Shown here: one piece after another, positions 1-9,981 of the stretch
How positions within the stretch are numbered: the stretch's first letter is position 1
Layout of the letters: each line of letters begins with the position of its first letter
Assembly: GCA_013153515.1 (NCBI GenBank)
Contig: JAADEI010000081.1
Location: 1-54,091, forward strand
Direction of reading: 5' to 3'
Length of the DNA: 54,091 nucleotides
Origin: Chlorobiota bacterium
GTDB taxonomy: Bacteria > Bacteroidota > Bacteroidia > JAADEI01
The notes under the pieces: generated by a model
What the model saw: only the letters and a program-made list of their open reading frames with translations
The model's database searches: none
What the model was told of the DNA's origin: nothing
Translations under genes and position numbers: made by a program

Positions 1-28
1 AAGCCATCTTTGATTTTGTGCAAAAGGC

Positions 29-940
29 TCAATAAGTAAAAGACAGAGATGCACCTAATACAGTCTTGACTTGCAAATATCTGCTAAATCCTGTTCTTGC
101 GGTTTCGGGACCCGGAATGTCCATGTCATAAATGGTATGAACGAAATAACTAATCCCAAACCATTTTGTCAATTTAAGAGTGAAGAGGGTTTCCCAATTT
201 ACGTCCGGGAACACATTGGTTGTAGTATAGTTATAGAACATTTCCAATCGTGAAGAGACAGAGAAAGCGTTGTATGCCCAATTAAACTTTACGATTCCAT
301 AGGCACCGGGCTCATATCTAACGGCTGCACCTTCTGGAACGCCATATCGTTGGGTCATGGGCAGTCTATTGTTTATGAACGTAGCCTTCATGGTAAGTGG
401 GGCAAGGAAAGCTTCCCATAGTTTATGAGTTATGGAGAATCCGGCTGCACCGATGAGCCATGCGGGGGAAAAGAGAGCTGAAACAACTGCTCCCGTATCG
501 TCCTTCGTTAAAGTCAGTTGTGTTTTGAGGTCTGCCAATATAGTGAAAGCCATTTTTTCATTTATGTTTCTGCCTGCCAACACGCTAAGGGCAAGATAGT
601 CATCTGTTTTCGCCATCTCTCCATCCTTAGGTTTAACGAATCCGTAGGATGTTCTCAGGCTTGCTTTCAAGCCCCAATAATCCCACTTCTTGTTCAATTG
701 GGATAGCCACACGATATTGAATGTTGTTTGAGGTTGTCCACCTGTCGCCCAATTGTACAAATCTGTCCTGTTCAAACTTGCCACAAGGGAAGTTGAAAAA
801 CTAAAAGAGTCCATTTTTTCAACCTCTTCCTTAATCTCCTTTGCCCTTTTGTCTGCATTTTCAGGGACGTTATCTTGGGCTTTTAATTGAAATGTTGCCA
901 ATCCTGTTACAGCCATTACCAGAATGATAGCCTTTCTCAT
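29..940 (-). CDS. DUF3078-type outer-membrane beta-barrel protein
   Basis: Signal peptide MRKAIILVMAVTGLATFQLKAQ, so the likely start is ATG 940 (ORF track starts at 982). Alternating beta-strand pattern, aromatic C-terminus (LSFTY), own -7 promoter at 961-968. Confidence 0.7.
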   Translation of the reverse strand: MRKAIILVMAVTGLATFQLKAQDNVPENADKRAKEIKEEVEKMDSFSFSTSLVASLNRTDLYNWATGGQPQTTFNIVWLSQLNKKWDYWGLKASLRTSYGFVKPKDGEMAKTDDYLALSVLAGRNINEKMAFTILADLKTQLTLTKDDTGAVVSALFSPAWLIGAAGFSITHKLWEAFLAPLTMKATFINNRLPMTQRYGVPEGAAVRYEPGAYGIVKFNWAYNAFSVSSRLEMFYNYTTTNVFPDVNWETLFTLKLTKWFGISYFVHTIYDMDIPGPETARTGFSRYLQVKTVLGASLSFTY

Positions 941-960
941 ATTTCTCCTATTTTGTATTA

Positions 961-968
961 CAAAGTTA
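961..968 (-). promoter_or_regulatory. Bacteroidota sigma-70 -7 element TAACTTTG
   Basis: Plus strand CAAAGTTA is an exact TAnnTTTG match on the minus strand, 20 nt upstream of ATG 940. Confidence 0.7.
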
Positions 969-978
969 CGAACAAAAA

Positions 979-2337
979 TCAAAGTTCAGAGGAAAGAAGC
1001 GTGCAAATAGTGTTTATTCCTTTCCTAAACAGGTTTAAATTAAAATGCTCATTGGGGGCATGTATCCTGTCCGACTCCAGTCCGAATCCCATTAGGATAG
1101 GAGGCATACCTGTTTTTCGTTGCCAAGTTGCTAAGACAGGGATTGACCCACCCGTGTACAGTGGAATTGGTTTCTTTCCGAAAACTTGCTCCATTGCATT
1201 AGCGGCTTTCTGATAGCCCCAGAATTCAAGGGGGGTCTTAACTGGGTCTCCGCCATGGAAAGTCTTCACTTCAAAACGGATTCCCGGGACTTTAAATTCT
1301 TCAACAAACTTTTTGAATGCTTCATTAATTTTTTGCCATGACTGGTCGGCAACTAATCTGAATGATATTTTAGCGTGAGCCTCAGAAGGAATAATTGTTT
1401 TTGAACCCTCTCCTGTGTAGCCCCCCCAAATGCCGTTAACATCCATTGATGGTCTGATGGTTGCGGATTCAAAGGGCGAAAATCCTGCTTCGCCAATCAA
1501 TGCATCAATGCCCAGAGATTTCTTGATTTCTTCGTCGTTCCATGAGCCTTTCCGAACAAGTTCCCTCTCTTCCGGGTCCAATTCCTTAACATCGTCATAA
1601 AATCCGGGAATCATTATCCTTCCAGTGATCGGATCCCTCAAAGCAATAATCAAGTGAGCAATAGCATGAACAGGATTTTGAACGGCACCACCATAGGTCC
1701 CAGAGTGCAAGTCGTGGGATGGTCCATAAGCAGAAACTTCAAAATAGCATATTCCTCGCAGGCTAACAGTAATTCCGGGGGTCTCGGGACCGGGCAAAGC
1801 AGTGTCTGAAACAAGAACCATATCTCCTTTCATTGAGTCATGGTTCTGCAGGATATACTTCTCAAGGTTTTCAGAGCCAATCTCCTCCTCGCCTTCAATT
1901 AGAAATCTGAGATTATATTTCAGTTTTCCTACTTTGTTAAGCAGTTCAAGTGCTTTGACATACATGTATAGTTGTCCTTTATCATCACTGGCACCACGGG
2001 CATAAATAGCACCATCTCTGATGTCCGGTTCAAAAGGGGGGGTTATCCATTGGTCTAGGGGGTCAGGCGGTTGAACGTCATAGTGTCCATAAATCCATAT
2101 AGTAGGGGCATTCTCATCAACATTTTTCTCGGCATAAACAAGGGGATACTTATCTGTTGGTATTAGTTCAACCTTGTCGGCACCGGCGTCCTTGATTGCT
2201 TTAACCAACCAATCGGCACATTCAAACACATCATCTCTGAATCGTGGGTCAGCACTAACAGATGGAATCTTCAAAAATTCTTTCAATTCCTCAACAAACC
2301 TGTCAAAATTCTCTTCAATAAGACCTTCCCAAGACAT
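979..2337 (-). CDS. M20/M25/M40 family metallo-dipeptidase
   Basis: Motifs YGHYDVQP, ARGASDDKGQ, EGEEEIGS, DLHSG, IHAPNEHF. Likely start MSWEG at 2337, because the longer ORF start runs toward the repeat. Confidence 0.88.
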   Translation of the reverse strand: MSWEGLIEENFDRFVEELKEFLKIPSVSADPRFRDDVFECADWLVKAIKDAGADKVELIPTDKYPLVYAEKNVDENAPTIWIYGHYDVQPPDPLDQWITPPFEPDIRDGAIYARGASDDKGQLYMYVKALELLNKVGKLKYNLRFLIEGEEEIGSENLEKYILQNHDSMKGDMVLVSDTALPGPETPGITVSLRGICYFEVSAYGPSHDLHSGTYGGAVQNPVHAIAHLIIALRDPITGRIMIPGFYDDVKELDPEERELVRKGSWNDEEIKKSLGIDALIGEAGFSPFESATIRPSMDVNGIWGGYTGEGSKTIIPSEAHAKISFRLVADQSWQKINEAFKKFVEEFKVPGIRFEVKTFHGGDPVKTPLEFWGYQKAANAMEQVFGKKPIPLYTGGSIPVLATWQRKTGMPPILMGFGLESDRIHAPNEHFNLNLFRKGINTICTLLSSEL

Positions 2338-2400
2338 ATTCCTCTGATTTATGTTCAAAGATAAGCACTTTTGACGGGTAATGAGCAGATGCATTTTAGA

Positions 2401-2580
2401 AACACAGTGTTGTCAGAGTTTAGCACAGTGAACACAGAGTTCTTTTTTGAAACCACAATGGACACAGAGTATTAAAAAGAACCAAAAAACTAAAAAAACT
2501 CTGTGAAATTCCGTTTTTATTCTGTGCGACTCTGTGACCTAAAGAAAAACACAATACTGCAACAGTTCTACACAGTGAAA
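2401..2580. repeat. Modular palindromic CACAGAG/CTCTGTG repeat element, copy 1
   Basis: CACAG(A/T)G-like units at 2403, 2412, 2424, 2433, 2454, 2463; inverted units at 2499, 2509, 2520, 2530. Inner 8-bp stem CACAGAGT(2463-2470)/ACTCTGTG(2498-2505). 2494-2539 is 40/46 identical to the reverse complement of 53908-53953. Confidence 0.85.
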
Positions 2581-2597
2581 CCTGTTTTTGATTTGGC

Positions 2598-4823
2598 TTA
2601 GTCAAAATACTTTTCAAGAGCGGATTCATAGAGTTCCTTCCAGAAGTTAACATCGTGCCAGTCGTGTCCATTAATGCGAATTTGTTTCTCTGTAACGGTT
2701 CCAAGGGCATGTGCCGGAACTTTATATTCACGGGCCAAGTTCATCAACTTATTTAAATTATCTTCATCAATAGTTACAACTACTCTGCTTTGGATTTCTC
2801 CAAACAGGAATCCATCTATGCGACCATTTTCAGGCAATTTAATTTCAAAGCCTTTGTTTCCATAAATAGCACTTTCTATTAAGGCGATCCACAAGCCTCC
2901 TTCTGAGATGTCGTGTACAGATTTTATAAGTTGCTTTTTAATCAGCATTCCGATGAAGTTCTGAATTCTCTTTTCAAGTTCAATATCAAAAACTGGGGCG
3001 GGGCTATGCCTAATTCCATGATGGAAGATGAGATACTGTGAAGATGCAATATCGTCAATCATTGGACCAATCTGCACAATTATGTCTCCCGTTTGTTTGA
3101 AAGGCATAGACACCACTTTCTCTGGTTCGTGAACTATTCCCACTATTCCGATTACTGGCGTGGGCATTATAGGACCTTCCTCCGACTGATTATAGAAACT
3201 GACATTTCCTCCTGTGATGGGAAGTTCCCACTGCCGACAAATGTCCCTCATTCCCTGAACAGCCCTCACAAACTGCCAATAGACCCGTGGGTCATAAGGA
3301 TTACCGAAGTTAAGGCAATTAGTTACTCCTACTGGCTCTCCGCCACTACAAACTATGTTTCGGCATGCTTCGGCAACGGCAATCTGTGTCCCTATGTACG
3401 GATCTGCATAGACATAATACGGATTGCAATCTGTTGTTACAGCAATGAATTTATCATTTGAATAAGGCACTCTCATTATAGCGGCATCAAAAGGCTCCCA
3501 TGCGTTCTTGTTACCGATCTGGACCATGTGGTCATATTGCCTTATGATTGGCTTCTTAGATGCTATTGTTGGATTTGTTACTAATTCCTTAGCAATTTCA
3601 AGCATTTCGTCCCAGTCTGGAATAGGGACTTGAGCGGGATTAAACTTCAAGACTTCAAAGCGGTAGTCTGCTTCCCGCCAAGTCCTTCTGTAAACAGGGG
3701 CTCCTTCTCCGGCAGCCAGTGCATAAGATGGCAATTCAGCAACCTTCTCTCCTTTGAAATAATACTGCAAGATTGGTTCTTCAATAACTTCTCCGATTTC
3801 TGTCAGTGGAACATCCCACTTATCAAAGACTTTCTTCAATTCATCCACTTTCTCTGGCTCCGCAAGGATTAACATCCTTTCTTGCGATTCGGATAGCAAA
3901 ATCTCCCATGGTTTCATAGATGGATGCCTCAGTGGGACCTTTTCCAGATAGATAACCATTCCCTTTTTTCCTCTGGCAGCCATCTCTGAAGTGGAACACA
4001 GCAGTCCGGCGGCACCCATGTCCTGCATAGCGGCAATCAAGCCCTTCTCATTGGCTTCCAAAATGGCTTCCAACAATATCTTTTCCATAAAGGGGTCTCC
4101 TATCTGGACAGCAGGCAGGTTCTCCTCTGCCTCCTCAAGGTCAAGGTCCACGGAAGCGAAAGCCGCTCCTTTAATCCCATCTCTGCCCGTTGGGGCACCA
4201 GCAATAAACGCTTTCCAGCCTGCTTCCTTAGCAACGGCAGAAATAATTTTATCTTTTTCTACCACGCCAACGGACATGGCGTTAACAATAGGGTTGACCC
4301 TGTAAGTGTCGTCAAAATACACCTCTCCTGCGATAGTGGGCACTCCGAAACTGTTTCCATAGTCGCCTATTCCACGAACCACTCCATCCATTATCCACCT
4401 TGAACGTCGGTCTTCTGGATGTCCAAAATGCAGGGAATCAAGGGCTGCGATTGGGCGGGCTCCGGTAGTGAAAATGTCTCTGTGGATTCCTCCCACTCCC
4501 GTTGCGGCACCGTGGTATGGGGCTATTGCCGATGGATGGTTATGCGACTCTATCTTAAATGCACATGCTAAATTGTCGCCAAGGTCCACCAATCCAGCGT
4601 TCTCCTCGCCGGCACCTTTCAAAACATGCTTTCCCTCCTTGGGCAGTTGCTTGAGCCAATGTAAGGAATTCTTATAGCAGCAGTGTTCGGACCACATAAC
4701 GCCAAACAGGGCTAATTCAACGGCGTTGGGCAACCTGCCTAATATCTCAATAATCCGATCCACTTCTTCGGGCGTCAGGTTCCAGCCCATAGCAGCCTGA
4801 ATAACTTCCTCCCGCGTGTTCAT
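2598..4823 (-). CDS. purL: Phosphoribosylformylglycinamidine synthase subunit PurL (small form)
   Basis: MWSEHCCYKNS, KIESHNHPS, QDMGAAG, SESQERM, NCLNFGNP, TGGNVSFYN, HDISEGG; 741 aa. Confidence 0.97.
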   Translation of the reverse strand: MNTREEVIQAAMGWNLTPEEVDRIIEILGRLPNAVELALFGVMWSEHCCYKNSLHWLKQLPKEGKHVLKGAGEENAGLVDLGDNLACAFKIESHNHPSAIAPYHGAATGVGGIHRDIFTTGARPIAALDSLHFGHPEDRRSRWIMDGVVRGIGDYGNSFGVPTIAGEVYFDDTYRVNPIVNAMSVGVVEKDKIISAVAKEAGWKAFIAGAPTGRDGIKGAAFASVDLDLEEAEENLPAVQIGDPFMEKILLEAILEANEKGLIAAMQDMGAAGLLCSTSEMAARGKKGMVIYLEKVPLRHPSMKPWEILLSESQERMLILAEPEKVDELKKVFDKWDVPLTEIGEVIEEPILQYYFKGEKVAELPSYALAAGEGAPVYRRTWREADYRFEVLKFNPAQVPIPDWDEMLEIAKELVTNPTIASKKPIIRQYDHMVQIGNKNAWEPFDAAIMRVPYSNDKFIAVTTDCNPYYVYADPYIGTQIAVAEACRNIVCSGGEPVGVTNCLNFGNPYDPRVYWQFVRAVQGMRDICRQWELPITGGNVSFYNQSEEGPIMPTPVIGIVGIVHEPEKVVSMPFKQTGDIIVQIGPMIDDIASSQYLIFHHGIRHSPAPVFDIELEKRIQNFIGMLIKKQLIKSVHDISEGGLWIALIESAIYGNKGFEIKLPENGRIDGFLFGEIQSRVVVTIDEDNLNKLMNLAREYKVPAHALGTVTEKQIRINGHDWHDVNFWKELYESALEKYFD

Positions 4824-4848
4824 AGTAACAATCTGTTTTGTTTAATAG

Positions 4849-4856
4849 CAAACTTA
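4849..4856 (-). promoter_or_regulatory. -7 promoter element TAAGTTTG (purL)
   Basis: Plus strand CAAACTTA; exact consensus, 25 nt before the purL ATG, overlapping the GT4 stop codon. Confidence 0.65.
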
Positions 4857-6047
4857 CGCATCTTGCCATTTCCTATTTAGCAACTCAGCATACAATTCCT
4901 TTGTTTTCCTGACTAATTCAGCGACGTCAAAATGGGAAATAACAAATTGCCTTGCTTCTTCCATCACTGGATTGTTTTTTAACTGCATTGCTTTTATAAT
5001 TGCATCCCTTATGCCTTCACCATTTTGATCAACAATGAAATCTTGCAATAGTGGGCAGACTGTTTCCCTCACAGCACCCACGTCAGTAGCCACAACAGGC
5101 ACTCGCATAGCCTGTGCCTCAATGAGTGTTACGGGCGTTCCCTCATTGCGGGAAGTCAACACAACCACATCAAAAGCAGGATACAATGGCATTGCCTCCT
5201 CTACATAACCTAAAATATGAATATCGCTATCGGCAGTATATCCTACTGAAACGCCTAATTTTTTGCCTTTTTGAACTAAACTCTCAACATAGTCTTTCGG
5301 TCCATCTCCCACTATAATAGCCTTGAACTCATTATTTTGTTTTATTAATGGGGCGACTGCTTCTATAAATAATTCTGGTTGCTTGACCGATGCCACGCGT
5401 CCCACGAAAGCAATTAATTTTTTTCCTGATGGAATTCCATATCTATTCTGTAAAATTGATTTAGCCTTTTGTTCATCTGGTTTAGTGTCTTTGAGCAGGA
5501 ATCCAAGTCTGATAACGTGGACTTTTGATTCAGGGGCAATCTGAAATTTTTCCACCAATTCACGTTTTTGCAAGTTGCTTATCGCAATTATAGCGTCTGT
5601 ATGTCTGGCAAGGAATCGTTCTGTGTTAAGGACAACTTTGTTCATCAAGGGGTTGAAATATCCAGAGAAAACGTTTCCGTGGAATGTGTGAACTAATACT
5701 GACTTCTGCTTTTTTTGAGACAAATAAGCCAGTCTGGCTGTCAGTCCTGCCTTTGAAGCATGAGTGTGAATAATTTGTGGTTTGAATGTTTTTATTATAC
5801 TTCTCAACTTCCATATTGCCTTCAAATCCTTCACAGGACTAATCTCTCTAACTATCCACGGGACCATTTCTGCCTGCACTCCATGCTTCTCCGCCCAGTG
5901 GAAAGAAGGTGCTTCTCCACGAAAGGGCACTCCACCTATTAAACGGGTCTCATACTCATCGGATAAAAACTTTGTTAGATATACGGCATTATGAGTGGGA
6001 CCACCTATATTGAACCTGTTTAAGACCCTTAGGATTCTGGGTTTCAT
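4854..6047 (-). CDS. Glycosyltransferase family 4 (GT-B)
   Basis: HTHASKAG, VHTFHG, VGRVASVK, TSRNEGTPVTLIEAQA (EX7E), VATDVG. Confidence 0.9.
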   Translation of the reverse strand: MKPRILRVLNRFNIGGPTHNAVYLTKFLSDEYETRLIGGVPFRGEAPSFHWAEKHGVQAEMVPWIVREISPVKDLKAIWKLRSIIKTFKPQIIHTHASKAGLTARLAYLSQKKQKSVLVHTFHGNVFSGYFNPLMNKVVLNTERFLARHTDAIIAISNLQKRELVEKFQIAPESKVHVIRLGFLLKDTKPDEQKAKSILQNRYGIPSGKKLIAFVGRVASVKQPELFIEAVAPLIKQNNEFKAIIVGDGPKDYVESLVQKGKKLGVSVGYTADSDIHILGYVEEAMPLYPAFDVVVLTSRNEGTPVTLIEAQAMRVPVVATDVGAVRETVCPLLQDFIVDQNGEGIRDAIIKAMQLKNNPVMEEARQFVISHFDVAELVRKTKELYAELLNRKWQDA

Positions 6048-7891
6048 TCCACAGTAACACTCTTAGCAAGATTCCTCGGTTTGTCAACATCACAACCTCT
6101 CAATACAGCGATATGGTATGCCAACAACTGAAGTGGAATAACGGTCAGGATAGGGGATAGGACTTCCTCTGTCTCTGGAATTTCTATTACATATTCAGAC
6201 AATTGTTTCAATTGCTTATCTCCCTCGTTGACCACGGATATTATCCTACCATTTCTTGATTTCACTTCCATTGCATTATTGACAATTTTTTCATAAGCCG
6301 ATTGGTTAGTCGCAATTATAAGCACAGGCATGTTTTCGTCAATAAGGGCTATTGGTCCGTGTTTCATTTCAGCGGCGGGATAACCCTCTGCATGGATATA
6401 TGATATTTCTTTAAGTTTCAAGGCACCTTCAAGGGCAACAGGATAATTATAGCCTCTGCCTAAGTATAGGAAGTTGCTTGCATTTTGGAATTGTTGGGCT
6501 ATCTCTTGAACGATTGGGTCTGCTTTGTCAAGAATCATCTGGACTTTATCCGGCAGTTCTTCCAACTCAGTCAATATCTTAGCAAATTTCTCCTCTGGAA
6601 TTGTGCCCTTTTCTTTACCAAATAGCAGAGCCATCAGAGTTAACACAAGCAACTGAGCAGTGAATGCCTTAGTGGACGCAACTCCTATCTCCGGACCTGC
6701 GTGAGTGTAAACACCGGCGTCAGTCATTCGGGCAAGGGAAGACCCCACAACATTGCATATTCCCAGCACAAGGGCACCCTCCTCCTTTGCCAATTGGACG
6801 GCAGCCAATGTGTCGGCGGTCTCTCCCGATTGGCTTATGGCAATGAACACATCGTCAGGCAGAATAACTGGATTGCGATACCTGAATTCAGAAGCGTAAT
6901 CCACATAAGCGGGGATTCGTGCAAGGTCTTCAAAGAGATATTTCCCGACTAAGGCGGCGTGCCAACTGGTCCCACAGCCCAGCAGTGAAATCCTTGGGGC
7001 AGAAAGAATTCTGTCCAGATATGGCATTATGCCACCCAACCGAACCATGTTCTCTGCAACATTAACACGACCTCGCATTGAGTCCAACAAGCTCCGTGGC
7101 TGCTCATAAATTTCTTTGAGCATGAAGTGTGGATAGCCGCCCTTCTCAATGGCTTCCAATTCCCACTCCAATTCCTGCACCTCGGCAGAAACCCGCTTGT
7201 TATCAATGTTTCTCAGTTCAACACCCTCATTAATATCAATTATGGCTATTTCGCCATCGTCCATATAAATGACTTTTCGGGTATATTCAAGGATTGGCGT
7301 AGCGTCGGAAGCAACAATGTATTCACCTTCTCCCAAGCCAATGACCAGTGGGCTGCTTTGACGGGCGGCAATTAACATATCGGGATTTTCCCTATCTAAA
7401 ACCACGATAGCATAAGCACCAACTATTTCTTTAAGAGCATATAAAACAGCATCATAAGTGTCCATTCCCTTGCTTTCCATAAAATACTCAATCAGTTGAA
7501 CGACGACTTCCGTGTCCGTGTCGCTAACAAAGGAATATCCCTTCTTGGTTAGGAATGCCTTGATAACATCATAGTTTTCTATAATTCCGTTATGGACGAT
7601 TGCCAGCCTGCCGCTTTGGGAAACGTGGGGATGAGCGTTCACATCATTGGGTTCTCCATGAGTTGCCCACCTCGTGTGTCCAATTCCAATATGAGCATCA
7701 ATTTTTTGATTAGCAAGCATCTGTTTAAGGTCGGCGACCCTGCCCTTCCGCTTAAACACATGAAGGCGACCCACTGTGTCCACTACCGCAATGCCCGCAC
7801 TATCATAGCCTCTATATTCAAGGCGTTGCAAACCTTTTATTAAAACCGGAACTGCCTGCCTCGGTCCCAAATATCCCACTATTCCACACAT
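6044..7891 (-). CDS. glmS: Glutamine--fructose-6-phosphate aminotransferase
   Basis: N-terminal CGIVG nucleophile, GHTRWATHG, SQSGETADT, KLKEISYIHAEGY, PRNLAKSVTVE. Confidence 0.98.
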   Translation of the reverse strand: MCGIVGYLGPRQAVPVLIKGLQRLEYRGYDSAGIAVVDTVGRLHVFKRKGRVADLKQMLANQKIDAHIGIGHTRWATHGEPNDVNAHPHVSQSGRLAIVHNGIIENYDVIKAFLTKKGYSFVSDTDTEVVVQLIEYFMESKGMDTYDAVLYALKEIVGAYAIVVLDRENPDMLIAARQSSPLVIGLGEGEYIVASDATPILEYTRKVIYMDDGEIAIIDINEGVELRNIDNKRVSAEVQELEWELEAIEKGGYPHFMLKEIYEQPRSLLDSMRGRVNVAENMVRLGGIMPYLDRILSAPRISLLGCGTSWHAALVGKYLFEDLARIPAYVDYASEFRYRNPVILPDDVFIAISQSGETADTLAAVQLAKEEGALVLGICNVVGSSLARMTDAGVYTHAGPEIGVASTKAFTAQLLVLTLMALLFGKEKGTIPEEKFAKILTELEELPDKVQMILDKADPIVQEIAQQFQNASNFLYLGRGYNYPVALEGALKLKEISYIHAEGYPAAEMKHGPIALIDENMPVLIIATNQSAYEKIVNNAMEVKSRNGRIISVVNEGDKQLKQLSEYVIEIPETEEVLSPILTVIPLQLLAYHIAVLRGCDVDKPRNLAKSVTVE

Positions 7892-7894
7892 GAA

Positions 7895-9076
7895 CTACGT
7901 GGTTTTTTCTATGTAAAGATAAACTTTCACGTTGGAAGTATCAATTAACATTTTTGAGAATGTGCCACCTGCCTCAGGATGTCTAATCACCACAAATGGC
8001 GATCTTAGCGTTCCCTTCTGAACATATTGAATTGTTAGGGGGATAGGTATCAGGAATTGTGCGGTATCTCCCTTCACCACTCTGCTAACCGAAACTTCAA
8101 TGCCACCATTTAGGGACTCAACTAACACGAAGGTTTCGTGAGTGGCAGTGTCATATCCCAAAACCGTTAATCTATCAGGCGTTTCGGGGGTATGCTTAGC
8201 GTTTATGGCAATCCAAGCACCCAGAATAACGAAGGAATCAGGCACCTCAGGCAACCTGACCAGAATCATTGAACCCATTGGCGAAACATAAAGCAGGGAA
8301 TCGGCAGGACCTTGAACCCATTGTTCTAATCGTGAATTAGTAAAAGAATACTCATATTGAGCACCATAGCGACTGCCAATAGGAATGATCCAGTTGTTTT
8401 CTCCTTGCATTGTATCCTTACTCCAATAAATGGTCAATTGGGAACTGTTAAGCAGTCCAATTCCCACTTCCAATACCAGATTTGTGTCAAGGACTTCAAT
8501 TGCTAATCCTCCAAAATTTTGCCTGAATTCACCGACAGATTTAATAATTCCCGTGCTATGAGCATCAACCAGTTCCTGAGCCCAAGCCAAAGGAAAAGAC
8601 AACCTCCACTTCCCATCCTTCTCGCACATTACCACATCCCTGCTCTCAACCTTTTGAACACTGGTATTGCTATAGAAAACCGATGGCAATTGCTCAGTCC
8701 TATAAAGCCGAACATTGAAACAGGATTTGTTAGAAGAAAACTGACTTGCAGGGACGAATTCAAGGAAAGCGGAATCAACTGGGGACCACATCGGCGGTTC
8801 GTCGGAAACAGGTTGCAATTCAAAATGGAACACTGCTTTTAGCCTACCACGATATGGGTCTTCCCAATTAGCAACCATGGGGGTTAAATCCCTATCTGTT
8901 CGCACAACAGTTGTATCATATACAATTTTTGCAAAAGGAATAGAAAGGGTATCATTTGCTTCTCCGAAAGGCACAGAGATAGGAATATCAAGCATATCTC
9001 CATTGTAACATGCTTGTGAAAGAAACAGTAACCCCGATACCATCAGAAATACATGCTTATGAAGCGACCTCATCAT
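7895..9076 (-). CDS. DUF4270-like lipoprotein
   Basis: Lipobox LSQAC after a hydrophobic stretch; beta-rich; sits between the short glycogen-synthase-like gene and glmS, the usual DUF4270 position in Bacteroidota. Start refined from 9112. Confidence 0.6.
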   Translation of the reverse strand: MMRSLHKHVFLMVSGLLFLSQACYNGDMLDIPISVPFGEANDTLSIPFAKIVYDTTVVRTDRDLTPMVANWEDPYRGRLKAVFHFELQPVSDEPPMWSPVDSAFLEFVPASQFSSNKSCFNVRLYRTEQLPSVFYSNTSVQKVESRDVVMCEKDGKWRLSFPLAWAQELVDAHSTGIIKSVGEFRQNFGGLAIEVLDTNLVLEVGIGLLNSSQLTIYWSKDTMQGENNWIIPIGSRYGAQYEYSFTNSRLEQWVQGPADSLLYVSPMGSMILVRLPEVPDSFVILGAWIAINAKHTPETPDRLTVLGYDTATHETFVLVESLNGGIEVSVSRVVKGDTAQFLIPIPLTIQYVQKGTLRSPFVVIRHPEAGGTFSKMLIDTSNVKVYLYIEKTT

Positions 9077-9920
9077 GTTGCAACTGTCTATAAAAAGAAA
9101 TGTGTTCTTCAATGAATGGTTTCAGATCAAGGGCATCCTGCAATTTAAGGAAAGGCTTTCCTGTCTGCTCAGCATGTTCCTTAAGTCGCTTTTCAAAGGC
9201 AGGCTCTATGAATTCAGATGCTATGATTATGCCATCTGAAAGTGTTGCAGCGGCATAATATAACGCTTCATAGGTTCCTTCTTTATACATTTCTAAATCC
9301 TTATCCGTAATCGTCTCTTCCACTCTGATAACCTCTGGCCAATTCTCCTCTAATTTCTCTGGGAAGTAATCATCATAAACACTAAGGATCAATCGTGCTT
9401 TTTTGAACATTGGCTCATCGGCATATATCCTTCTGATAAATAAAGGGACGAGGGTTGAGAACCATCCGTTTATGTGGATAATATCTGGCTCCCAGCCAAG
9501 TTTCTTTAACACTTCGCAGACGCTACGTGCAAAGAAAGTCATTCTCAGCCCGTTGTTAGGCAAGAATTGACCGAATTCATCTCTGAAAACATAGTCTTTT
9601 TCGAAGATTTCCTCGTTGTCCATGAAATAAATTTGCATTCTGACTTCTGGCAACGTGGCAACTTTTATCAACAGGGAATAGTCGTCATCTCCAATGGTTA
9701 TGTTCATTCCCGAGAGCCTGACCACTTCATGCAACCTGTGTTTCTTCTCATTAATCCTGCCGAATCTGGGCATCATCACTCGGGCTTCGTAATTGTGTTG
9801 CTTGAGTTGAGCCAACAGGTCTCTAATCATCGTGCCTGCTAAGGAAACCTCCAAATATGGTTGCATTTCCTGAGTAATAATCAACACCTTGCCCTCTAAT
9901 CCTCCTGATCGCTTGTTCAT
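9057..9920 (-). CDS. Glycogen/starch synthase-like protein, N-terminal (Glyco_transf_5) domain only
   Basis: ARVMMPRFGRINEKKHRLHEVVRLSGMNI, YFMDNEEIF, PDIIHINGW; 287 aa, no C-terminal GT domain. Confidence 0.85.
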   Translation of the reverse strand: MNKRSGGLEGKVLIITQEMQPYLEVSLAGTMIRDLLAQLKQHNYEARVMMPRFGRINEKKHRLHEVVRLSGMNITIGDDDYSLLIKVATLPEVRMQIYFMDNEEIFEKDYVFRDEFGQFLPNNGLRMTFFARSVCEVLKKLGWEPDIIHINGWFSTLVPLFIRRIYADEPMFKKARLILSVYDDYFPEKLEENWPEVIRVEETITDKDLEMYKEGTYEALYYAAATLSDGIIIASEFIEPAFEKRLKEHAEQTGKPFLKLQDALDLKPFIEEHISFYRQLQHDEVAS

Positions 9921-9981
9921 ACGCCTACCGTCTGATTTTTTGGATATAACGCAAAAATGGGCTTAATTAGTGCCAGAAACC

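Noticed and set aside
941-950. AGGAG Shine-Dalgarno before the DUF3078 gene as evidence of SD-led translation in a Bacteroidota
   Set aside because: Only this gene and the IS show it; most starts checked have A-rich, SD-less leaders, so chance is sufficient.
2401-2580. CACAGAG repeats as a CRISPR array
   Set aside because: Units are ~7 bp, inverted and irregular; no constant 25-45 bp repeats with unique spacers and no cas genes.
2420-2731. 103-aa ORF (and 53882..54070) as genes
   Set aside because: They read through the purL end, the repeats or antisense to the transposase; low complexity and no motifs.
2598-4823. purL without purQ/purS; dcw without murF/ddl
   Set aside because: Scattered pur genes and murF outside dcw are ordinary in Bacteroidota.
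7892-7960. glmS ribozyme
   Set aside because: glmS is operon-internal with a 3-nt gap; there is no leader.
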